Source: Alloalcanivorax sp. (GTDB lineage: Bacteria > Pseudomonadota > Gammaproteobacteria > Pseudomonadales > Alcanivoracaceae). Taken from it: a stretch of DNA of 24,000 bases. The stretch's first letter is position 1. Each line of letters opens with the position of its first letter. The DNA lies in assembly GCA_039983755.1 (NCBI GenBank), contig JBDWVU010000005.1:123062-147061 (forward strand), written 5' to 3'. A program made the position numbers and the translations under genes. A model generated the notes under the pieces. It made no database searches, had not been told where the DNA came from, and saw nothing but the letters and a program-made list of their open reading frames with translations. Of the stretch, positions 11,607-18,207 are shown piece by piece.

Positions 11607-11863
11607 TTTGGGTATGAATGATATGGCAATGGCGTATATAAAAATAAAGTGATATTTTTTGTGACAAACATCACTATTTTACATATTTTAAAATATAGCC
11701 GATAGAACTAGTGCTACTGGAAAATGGTGGACATAGACTAACGATCCCGGTTGGCAGATGCCAGCCTGCCGACAGACCAGGTTGATAATGTCTGTGTTGG
11801 TAACGTGAAGGGAGCGATATTTCGTGGTCCATTGGCCATGAACTTGGGGAAAGGGACATTGAT
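11607..11863 (+). promoter_or_regulatory. AT-rich upstream control region of csgD
   Basis: 257-bp intergenic region, visibly AT-rich at 11630-11700. It contains a perfect 14-bp palindrome, atattttaaaatat (11683-11696), and the inverted repeat agtgat-N16-atcact. The exact promoter is not identified. Confidence 0.4.
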
Positions 11864-12538
11864 ATGGATGTGTCGATGGCGCACGGGACGCGTGACGAAA
11901 GCAAAACCTATTTGGTGGTTTCACATTGCAACAATCTTGCAATCCGGCTTTTAGCAAAATCCATTGAGAACCAGCGAGGCGTATCCTGCACCGCAATCAG
12001 CCGTGATGATCTCTTTTGTGATCATATCCAGGATGATCTGGTGCTTATTAATGTGCTGGACTTTTCGACTCCGGAAATGGAAAAGTTGCTTGGCCGTGTC
12101 CAGGAAAATATGCCCCTGTGCAGGGTTATCCTGGTTAATGCCGATCGGGGCGATAATATTTTTTTCCTGCTTAACTGGCCGGTGGTTAAAGGCGTTATTT
12201 ATCAGCAGGACAACGACGCCCTTATTTCCAAGGCGCTGGATGTGGTTTGCAAGGGGCGCAGCTGGTTCCCGCGCAGCTACATGGATTACCTGGTCCGTCA
12301 CCGCAAAACCCCAACCCGTTGCGGGCATGTCTTTGAAAGCCTCACCAGTCGTGAACGGCAGATGCTGGATCATGTGGTGCGTGGCATGAGTAACCATGAA
12401 ATCGCTGATGCCCTTTGCCTGAGTACGCATACGGTGAAGGCTCATTTGCAAAGCCTTTACCGGAAGGTGGGCGTGAAGAATCGGGTGGGTGTGATGCGCT
12501 GGGTGCATGAGAACCACCTGGAAGAGAGCGGAGAGTAG
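11864..12538 (+). CDS. csgD: Curli operon master regulator CsgD (LuxR/FixJ family)
   Basis: 224 aa. The N-terminal receiver-like domain has NWPVVKGVIYQQDNDALISKALDVVCKGRSWF, compared with E. coli CsgD NWPHINGVFYSMEDQERVVNGLQGVLRGECYF. The C-terminal LuxR HTH is LTSRERQMLDHVVRGMSNHEIADALCLSTHTVKAHLQSLYRKVGVKNR. It sits directly upstream of csgEFG. Confidence 0.85.
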   Translation: MDVSMAHGTRDESKTYLVVSHCNNLAIRLLAKSIENQRGVSCTAISRDDLFCDHIQDDLVLINVLDFSTPEMEKLLGRVQENMPLCRVILVNADRGDNIFFLLNWPVVKGVIYQQDNDALISKALDVVCKGRSWFPRSYMDYLVRHRKTPTRCGHVFESLTSRERQMLDHVVRGMSNHEIADALCLSTHTVKAHLQSLYRKVGVKNRVGVMRWVHENHLEESGE

Positions 12539-12540
12539 CT

Positions 12541-12945
12541 GTGTGTGGGCTGCGATTGGCGTGGGTGCCATTCATCTGCAGTCTCCTCGCATTTTCCGGG
12601 ACAGCGGCCGCCCTGAATGAAAAAGACATGGGGGTGGTTGTCGATCAGACGATTACCCCTATCGGCAAACGGTTTTATCAGCAGTTTGCCTATCAACGTC
12701 ATTACCTGTTTCCCGATTCGCCTTTCAGTATCAGCATTTATGAGCAACCCTCCGCCCGCAGTGGCAGCATTATTACAGTGAAATCGGACGATACGACGCT
12801 GGAGCGCTTTGTGTTGTCGTTTGCGTCCAACTGGGAAGATGCTCGGGTACAGCAGATGGTGCAATCCATTGAATTCAGGGTCCGGCGCATGAAAGTGCTG
12901 GATACTCTGGTAGGCAACCCTGATCTGGCCAAGGACGGCTACTAA
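12541..12945 (+). CDS. csgE: Curli production assembly/transport component CsgE
   Basis: 134 aa with a signal peptide. EQPSARSGSIITV matches E. coli CsgE ERPSARWGSWITI, and the C-terminal PDLAKDGY matches GDLAHDEF. GTG start 3 nt after the csgD stop; the start is uncertain. Confidence 0.85.
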   Translation: MCGLRLAWVPFICSLLAFSGTAAALNEKDMGVVVDQTITPIGKRFYQQFAYQRHYLFPDSPFSISIYEQPSARSGSIITVKSDDTTLERFVLSFASNWEDARVQQMVQSIEFRVRRMKVLDTLVGNPDLAKDGY

Positions 12946-13346
12946 TGAAAACGCTTTATTGTCTGTTTGTTCTTGTTGCTGGCCCTGTTGCGGCCAGTGA
13001 GCTGATTTACCAGCCGGTCAATCCAAACTTTGGAGGCAACCCCCTCAACGGTTCCCACCTGCTGGGCAATGCCCAGGCGCAAAACGATTACAAGGATCCG
13101 GAAGCGTCTTCGTCTGCGTATGAAAGGCCTTCTGATCTGGATCGCCTGACATCCTCGTTGCAGTCCCGGCTATTGAGCCAGCTGCTGGCGGATGTGGGGG
13201 CGGGCAACGAAGGCAGCATCGTGACCGATGATTTTGCTATTAACATCATCGATGACCAGGGTGTGTTGTCCATCATTATTGAAGACATCAATACCGGCGA
13301 AGTCACCCAGATTGCGGTGGATGGCCTGGTCCCCGATACCTTTTAG
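12945..13346 (+). CDS. csgF: Curli assembly component CsgF
   Basis: 133 aa. After the signal peptide, [31 protein letters not shown] matches E. coli CsgF [31 protein letters not shown]. The start overlaps the csgE stop (TAATG). Confidence 0.9.
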   Translation: [133 protein letters not shown]

Positions 13347-13371
13347 ACGCTCTACGCTGGGAAACTCAAGG

Positions 13372-14244
13372 ATGAATGGTTACAACCGTTGCGGGCTAGT
13401 GATGCTGGTCTTGCCGATCCTGCTGTTGGTTGGGTGTGTGACTCCGCCTCTGGAGCCGGAAGCCCCTGAGCTGGTGAAAAAATCCGATGTGGCTCTGGAT
13501 CTTGAAAGCATGCCGCCCCCCAAAGGTCGAATCATGGCCTCGGTATACAGCTTTCGGGATTTGACCGGGCAATATCGGCCGGCGCCGTCTTCGTCATTTT
13601 CCACGGCGGTCACCCAGGGCGCTGCGGCGTTTCTTATTGATGCCCTTAATCGCTCTGGTTGGTTCCTCACTCTGGAACGGGAAGGACTGCAAGACCTGCT
13701 GACTGAGCGCAAGATTGCCCGTGCCGTGGTAGAAAAGCGCCAGAAGGAAGGCGTGCGCGTGGCGGATGTCCCTGACCTGTTTTCTTCGGACATTCTTTTT
13801 CAGGGTGGCATTGTTGCCTATGAGTCCAATATCAAGACCGGTGGGCTGGGCGCGCGTTATCTGGGGGTCGGCGCATCGGAGCAATACCGAACGGACCAGG
13901 TAACAGTGAATCTGCGGGCTGTTGATGTGCGCACAGGGCGGATCATCAACACGGTCTCAACACGCAAGACTATCTACAGTAAAGAGCTGCAGGTCGGTGT
14001 GTACCGGTATATCGACTTCAAGGAATTACTGGAAACCGAAGCCGGGGTCACCACCAACGAGCCGGTTCAGCAATGTGTCAAACTGGCGATCGAAGCCGCA
14101 GTGGCACACCTTATCGTCAAGGGGGTTATGGACGGCAACTGGCAGCTTGAGAATCCCGCTGATATGGATTCCGAGGTGATTAAGCAGTACGGCCTGGCCT
14201 TGAGGGGCGAGACATTAGAAACCTCTGGCCGGCGTGATCGCTAA
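13372..14244 (+). CDS. csgG: Curli secretion channel lipoprotein CsgG
   Basis: 290 aa from ATG 13372. Lipobox LLLVGC. Similarity to E. coli CsgG is extensive: FSTAV.Q.A...L..AL..S.WF..LER.GLQ.LL.ERKI.RA, YESN.K.GG.GARY.G.GA..QY..DQ..VNLR.V.V.TG, TNEPV..C. The ORF track's upstream extension to 13228 overlaps csgF. Confidence 0.93.
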   Translation: MNGYNRCGLVMLVLPILLLVGCVTPPLEPEAPELVKKSDVALDLESMPPPKGRIMASVYSFRDLTGQYRPAPSSSFSTAVTQGAAAFLIDALNRSGWFLTLEREGLQDLLTERKIARAVVEKRQKEGVRVADVPDLFSSDILFQGGIVAYESNIKTGGLGARYLGVGASEQYRTDQVTVNLRAVDVRTGRIINTVSTRKTIYSKELQVGVYRYIDFKELLETEAGVTTNEPVQQCVKLAIEAAVAHLIVKGVMDGNWQLENPADMDSEVIKQYGLALRGETLETSGRRDR

Positions 14245-14271
14245 TAAAACACCGCCGGTTAGCCGGGGCGG
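14243..14271 (-). terminator. Possible terminator of the minus-strand curlin operon
   Basis: ccgccgg (14252-14258) pairs with ccggggcgg (14263-14271), giving a bulged GC-rich stem. On the minus strand it is followed by tGTTTTATT, and this U-tract overlaps the csgG stop codon. Confidence 0.35.
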
Positions 14272-14318
14272 ATTGCTGCAGTCTTGCCAATCTGTTGCTG
14301 GGAACGATAAGTTGGTGA

Positions 14319-14735
14319 CTAAAGCGAGCCAGGCGCAAAGATGCGCGTGGTATTGGCCATTAGCGTGTCACCCCGACGGATGGTGGCGGTGGCCGTAACG
14401 GTATCTGTTGGCATGATGTTGATGGCGATATTCCCTGCCTGATTTTTTCCTGCATGCGCTGAAAGATGGCCGGATTGACGGGTGCGGCTGCTTCCGTTGG
14501 GCCCTTTTTTCTTAATGCCGATTTCATAATGAAGATTGCTGTCGGCTGCCTCGCATTGGAGCAGCAGGTGGAAACGGTGTTGCTGTTTTTCAGCAGTGGC
14601 AATGATGTCCACAGTGCAGGGTGAAGAATGGGCGGCCATGGGTGTCGCTGCTCCGATGAGTAACAGGGTAAGCCCCGCTGCGCGGGTGAGGGTGCCGAGG
14701 CACCGTTGCCGATTAGAACTGATGTACCGTTGCAT
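14319..14735 (-). CDS. CsgC/CsgH-like curli-associated periplasmic protein (putative amyloid-inhibiting chaperone)
   Basis: 138 aa from ATG 14735, with a ggag RBS 8 nt upstream. It has a signal peptide (LTLLLIGAATPMAAHS). The mature part is beta-rich, about 100 aa, and aligns loosely with E. coli CsgC: ..GPNGSSRTRQSGHLSAHAGKNQAGNIAINIMPTDTVTATATIRRGDTL versus REGSSGQSQTKQEKTLSLPANQPIALTKLSLNISPDDRVKIVVTVSDGQSL. It is the last gene of the curlin operon, as csgC is. The assignment is tentative. Confidence 0.5.
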   Translation of the reverse strand: MQRYISSNRQRCLGTLTRAAGLTLLLIGAATPMAAHSSPCTVDIIATAEKQQHRFHLLLQCEAADSNLHYEIGIKKKGPNGSSRTRQSGHLSAHAGKNQAGNIAINIMPTDTVTATATIRRGDTLMANTTRIFAPGSL

Positions 14736-15279
14736 GATTGCCCACTCCAAACTGGATGATTTTCCCCGAACTATTGCCCGCTGATTGCAGGATTGTTGCG
14801 GTGCTTCCCTCGATATCGTGAAGCGGGCTGTGCTGTTCAATGGATGCCCGGCTGTCCATATGACTCTGCGCTATCCGCGCGTCGTTACCCGTGCCGTACT
14901 GTGCAATGCTCGCGTCGATATCCGACCCGCTTGACTGCTCTATATCAGCTCGAGAGGACGGTGATTGATTCTGTTGGATGCTGCCTGTGGCGCTATCGGT
15001 GTGGTCTTGTGATATCCGTGCCTCGCTATGATGAGACTGCGTCTGATCAATGTTGGCGTCACTGCGGTGGCTGTGTTGCTGGCTGATTATGGCATTGGCG
15101 TCATGGCTTCGGGATTGCCGAATGATTGCAAGGCTGGCGGTGCTGCTCTGTTGATAGAGGCTGGCGGTATTAATACTGCTGTGTTGTTTAATTTGCGGGG
15201 TGCTGCTGTCTGCAAGCAGAAGACAGGGAGACAGCATAAGCGCGGGAAAAAGTATCCGCAGTGCAGGCGGCAGCGCCAT
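14713..15279 (-). CDS. Third curlin-repeat protein, His-rich and degenerate
   Basis: 188 aa. It has a signal peptide, then about 13 units of 11-12 aa ending in Q (SRSHDANAIISQ / QHSHRSDANIDQ / TQSHHSEARISQ ... YGTGNDARIAQ ... FGVGNHATVHQF). The RBS is agagga. Only the last units keep the canonical G..N.A...Q motif. Confidence 0.75.
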   Translation of the reverse strand: MALPPALRILFPALMLSPCLLLADSSTPQIKQHSSINTASLYQQSSTASLAIIRQSRSHDANAIISQQHSHRSDANIDQTQSHHSEARISQDHTDSATGSIQQNQSPSSRADIEQSSGSDIDASIAQYGTGNDARIAQSHMDSRASIEQHSPLHDIEGSTATILQSAGNSSGKIIQFGVGNHATVHQF

Positions 15280-15342
15280 GACATTGTCCTCTTGGGTCCG
15301 GCCCCCGGGTTAGGCGTTGGTATTATGGGTGGGCACAACGAG

Positions 15343-15367
15343 GTCGGGGCCACAGTGTGGCCCCGAC
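15343..15367 (-). other. Strong GC hairpin without U-tract between the csgA-like gene and the third curlin gene
   Basis: gtcggggccac (15343-15353) pairs with gtggccccgac (15357-15367), a perfect 11-bp stem with a 3-nt loop, 16 nt downstream of the csgA-like stop. No T-run follows on either strand. Confidence 0.45.
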
Positions 15368-15382
15368 GTGATCACGGGGTGA

Positions 15383-16642
15383 TCAGTTCTGGTGGATAAA
15401 GGCGTTGTTACCGCCGCCGCCCATCTGGGTGATGGTGGCTGAGTCCAGAGTGGCTTCCTGCAGGATGGTGGCCACGTTTTCATTGCCAGAGGCGCCAATG
15501 CCGAACTGGGTAATAAAGGCTTCGTTGTCAGAGCCAGGCTGGGTAATGGTTGCGATGCCGTATTCTGAAATGGCGTCCTGCTCTACGTTGGCCAGGTTGT
15601 TGTCACCCAGCTGGTCCACATCGATAACGCTGTTGCCGCCGTGGGAGTGTGCCACTGCTACGTTGGCGTTGCCGTGTTGGTCCACGTTAGCCAGGTTGTC
15701 GGAGCCGGATTGGTCCACTTCCGCATCATTGGCCGTGCCTGACTGGTTCACATAGGCGGTATTACGGTCGCCCAGTCCCTGGTCAACCTGTGCAATGTTG
15801 GCGTCGCCACCCTGAACGATTTCTGCATAGCTGCTAGTGGATTCGTCCTGGATGATATCCGCATCGCCGTTGGTGCCGTACTGATCAATCATTGCGTCAG
15901 AGTTGAACGAGAAATCCTGGCTGATCAGGCCGTTGTTGTTATCGCCACTTTGGGTAATGCTGGCGGTGGCATTGTCGGAAATGGCCACTTGGCTGATGCT
16001 GGCAATGTTGTCTGCACCGGTCTGGTCTACGGTAGCGGTGGCAAACCAGGAATCATCCTGCAGCACGTCGGCGGTGTTGTTGACGTTGGACTGGTTAACC
16101 GTGGCCGTAGACCCAATCAGATTGTTCTGGGTGATGTTGGCGAGATGGTCGACGCCGGTTTGAGTGATGGAAGCATCCGCGTTCAGGCTGGCACTTTGAA
16201 CGATGGTCGCGTCGCTGGAGAAGGCGGATGTCTGAGTGATGCTGGCAACGGAGTCTTCGTTACCTGCGATTTGCTGAATGGTGCCATTGGTGTTGTCGGA
16301 AATGGCAACCTGGGTGATGGTGGCGGTGTTAAGGGTGCCGTCCTGCTCAACCGTGGCAGTGGCGAACCAGCTGTCATCCTGGGTGATGGTGGCAGCGTTG
16401 TCGTCACCTACGGTGTCGATGTCGGCAGTCATCATGTTGACGCTGTTGGCCTGGCTGACGTCGGCGCTGTTGTTGTTGCCGGTTTGATCAACGGTGGCAA
16501 CCGCATCGTCGGTGCTGCTTTGCACAGTGCTGGCGGTGTTGCCGGCGCCGGTCTGGTTGGTGGTGGCTGAATTGTTCGCAGCCCAGGATGCAGTTGCCAG
16601 GGTTGCCAGAATGGCAGCGGCAAGCGGTTTCAAGGTTTTCAT
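15383..16642 (-). CDS. csgA: Major curlin subunit CsgA-like, greatly expanded (419 aa, 34 strand units)
   Basis: It has a signal peptide (ATLATASWA|A). Then come 34 consecutive units of 11-13 aa of the curlin type (x.GxxNxAxVxQ), for example TGNNNSADVSQ, SGTANDAEVDQ, SGSDNLANVDQ, LGDNNLANVEQ. The RBS is gaggag. It is the second gene after the csgB-like gene, as in csgBA. Confidence 0.9.
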   Translation of the reverse strand: MKTLKPLAAAILATLATASWAANNSATTNQTGAGNTASTVQSSTDDAVATVDQTGNNNSADVSQANSVNMMTADIDTVGDDNAATITQDDSWFATATVEQDGTLNTATITQVAISDNTNGTIQQIAGNEDSVASITQTSAFSSDATIVQSASLNADASITQTGVDHLANITQNNLIGSTATVNQSNVNNTADVLQDDSWFATATVDQTGADNIASISQVAISDNATASITQSGDNNNGLISQDFSFNSDAMIDQYGTNGDADIIQDESTSSYAEIVQGGDANIAQVDQGLGDRNTAYVNQSGTANDAEVDQSGSDNLANVDQHGNANVAVAHSHGGNSVIDVDQLGDNNLANVEQDAISEYGIATITQPGSDNEAFITQFGIGASGNENVATILQEATLDSATITQMGGGGNNAFIHQN

Positions 16643-16697
16643 GGGTGTATCTCCTCAAGGTTTAGGCTAGGTCTTAGGCAAAATAACGTCGTCCATT

Positions 16698-17237
16698 TCA
16701 ATCCCATTGCTGAATGGAGACGTGGAGTCCGGCCCCGATCTGGGTAACCGAAACAGCGTTGGCGTTACCGTATTGCGCCACATCGGCGTTATTGCCGACC
16801 CCGTATTGGGCAATGATGGCGCGGTTGTAATCGCCGTTTTGATCGAGCGTGATTGTGTTGTGGCTGCCTTCCTGGAAGAGAGAGGCGTTGTTGCCTGTGC
16901 CGTATTGGCTTGCCACTGCCAGGTTTTCCCAGCCGAGCTGGGTGATGTCCGCTTGTTGCGCCGTGCCGTGCTGAATGATGTCAGCCTGGTTGGCGTAACC
17001 CTTTTGCTGAAGTGAAGCGGTATGGCTGAGGCCTTCCTGTTGGAGGGTGCCGGTGTTTTTTCCCTGCTGGGTTATGGAGGCATTGAGATCCGCACCGTCC
17101 TGGGCAATGTCCGCGCTATTGCCGGCGGGAATTTCATCGAAAAATGAAAGGTCGGTAGCGTTCGCCTGTGTTCCCAGAATCAACAAGAGTCCTGCAAGAA
17201 CAAGGTGGGCTATGGCTTGCCCTGTCATCATTTTCAT
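16698..17237 (-). CDS. csgB: Minor curlin / nucleator CsgB-like
   Basis: About 179 aa from ATG 17237; the ORF extends to GTG 17261, so the start is uncertain. It has a signal peptide and curlin repeats (NSADIAQDGADLNASITQ, YGTGNNASLFQEGSHNTITLDQ, YGVGNNADVAQYGNANAVSVTQ). It is the first gene of the curlin operon. Confidence 0.8.
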   Translation of the reverse strand: MKMMTGQAIAHLVLAGLLLILGTQANATDLSFFDEIPAGNSADIAQDGADLNASITQQGKNTGTLQQEGLSHTASLQQKGYANQADIIQHGTAQQADITQLGWENLAVASQYGTGNNASLFQEGSHNTITLDQNGDYNRAIIAQYGVGNNADVAQYGNANAVSVTQIGAGLHVSIQQWD

Positions 17238-17545
17238 CCCTGATAATTGAACCTCACGCACTCAGTCTTGCGCGATTTTTCCTGCAGTGACATTCGCCAT
17301 CGGTGCTGAATTTTTCAGGCCGCGACTAGTCGGTGGGGTAATAAAAAGCGGAGAGATTGCGTTTTGGGGCCGGGCGGTTTTCAGAAAAAACCGCGGAATG
17401 CTTGTAGAGCAAGGGTTTGAGAGCCTGTTGGCAGTTAGTTCGTTTGGTGTAAGCCAATGTCTTGCCGCGTCAGGAAAGGAAGGCGAGTTTGTGACCGGTG
17501 GTCGGCGATGGGCTTTGACAAGGCTTGCCCAGGGCGCCCGGGCTG

Positions 17546-17563
17546 TTCAAACTACCGTTTGAA
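17546..17563. promoter_or_regulatory. PsrA-type palindrome TTCAAAC-N4-GTTTGAA upstream of nudL
   Basis: The perfect 7-bp arms ttcaaac tacc gtttgaa end 20 nt upstream of the GTG at 17584. The core is the same as the site at 9160-9175. Confidence 0.35.
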
Positions 17564-17583
17564 TTTGAGGATTGGAGAAGGGT

Positions 17584-18156
17584 GTGCTTGAGCAGCTCAG
17601 GCAGCGTTTGCCGGATTACAGACGCACAGAATTGCCCCTGGCGTTGCCCGAGGCTGCCGTTCTGATGCCGTTGGTTGATGTGTCGGAGCCTCGAGTTATC
17701 CTGACGGTTCGCTCCAATTCCATGCCGACCCACGCTGGTGAGGTGGCTTTCCCCGGTGGAAAGCGGGACCCGGGCGACAAGAATCTGCTGATGACGGCCC
17801 TGCGTGAAAGCCAGGAAGAGGTGGGGTTGTCACCGGATTATGTGGATGTGCTGGGGCAGTTGTCTCCGCTGGCCTCCCGTTATGGCATGAAAGTGACGCC
17901 TTTTGTGGGCATTGTCAGCCCGGAAGCGGAGCTGCAGGCCGAGCCGGGTGAAATTGATACCATCTTTCAGGTGCCCTTGCAGTTCTTTCTGGATGAGATC
18001 CCGGAGCTGTCCAGCCCCATTGACGTGTTTGGGCGCCAGTTCCGTATCCCCAGCTATTACTATGAAGATAAGCGCATTTGGGGCCTGACCGCCTTCATGA
18101 TTCTGGATCTGATCAACCACGTCTATGATGCGGGCATTGAGTTTGAGGTGAAGTAA
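17584..18156 (+). CDS. nudL: CoA pyrophosphatase (NUDIX family, NudL/YeaB-like)
   Basis: The Nudix box is FPGGKRDPGDKNLLMTALRESQEEVGL, and the upstream AAVLMPL...ILT.RS fits CoA pyrophosphatases. I prefer GTG 17584 (GGAG at 17574-17577) over TTG 17572. Confidence 0.8.
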   Translation: MLEQLRQRLPDYRRTELPLALPEAAVLMPLVDVSEPRVILTVRSNSMPTHAGEVAFPGGKRDPGDKNLLMTALRESQEEVGLSPDYVDVLGQLSPLASRYGMKVTPFVGIVSPEAELQAEPGEIDTIFQVPLQFFLDEIPELSSPIDVFGRQFRIPSYYYEDKRIWGLTAFMILDLINHVYDAGIEFEVK

Positions 18157-18207
18157 CTTTCTGCCTGTTAACCCTCTGCCTGGCACGAGGAAACAAAGGG
18201 GAGTCGA

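Noticed and set aside
14736-14840. An upstream extension of the CsgC-like ORF to 14840 (173 aa).
   Set aside because: It would overlap the third curlin gene by 128 nt and add a non-signal-like N-terminus. The ATG at 14735 has an RBS and gives a proper signal peptide.
15405-16570. Several plus-strand ORFs inside the csgA-like gene (for example 15950-16570, 206 aa, G/V-rich), and the possibility that the 33-36-nt periodicity marks a CRISPR or tandem DNA repeat.
   Set aside because: The periodicity is the degenerate coding repeat of the curlin units on the minus strand. There are no identical direct repeats with unique spacers, and the plus-strand translations are compositional mirrors of the N/T/A/D-rich curlin.
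17287-17562. A 91-aa plus-strand ORF in the csgB-like/nudL intergenic region, and a 60-aa ORF at 74-256.
   Set aside because: No RBS and no recognisable motif. Both lie in regulatory or 3' regions; the second also overlaps the HD gene end. They are likely spurious.
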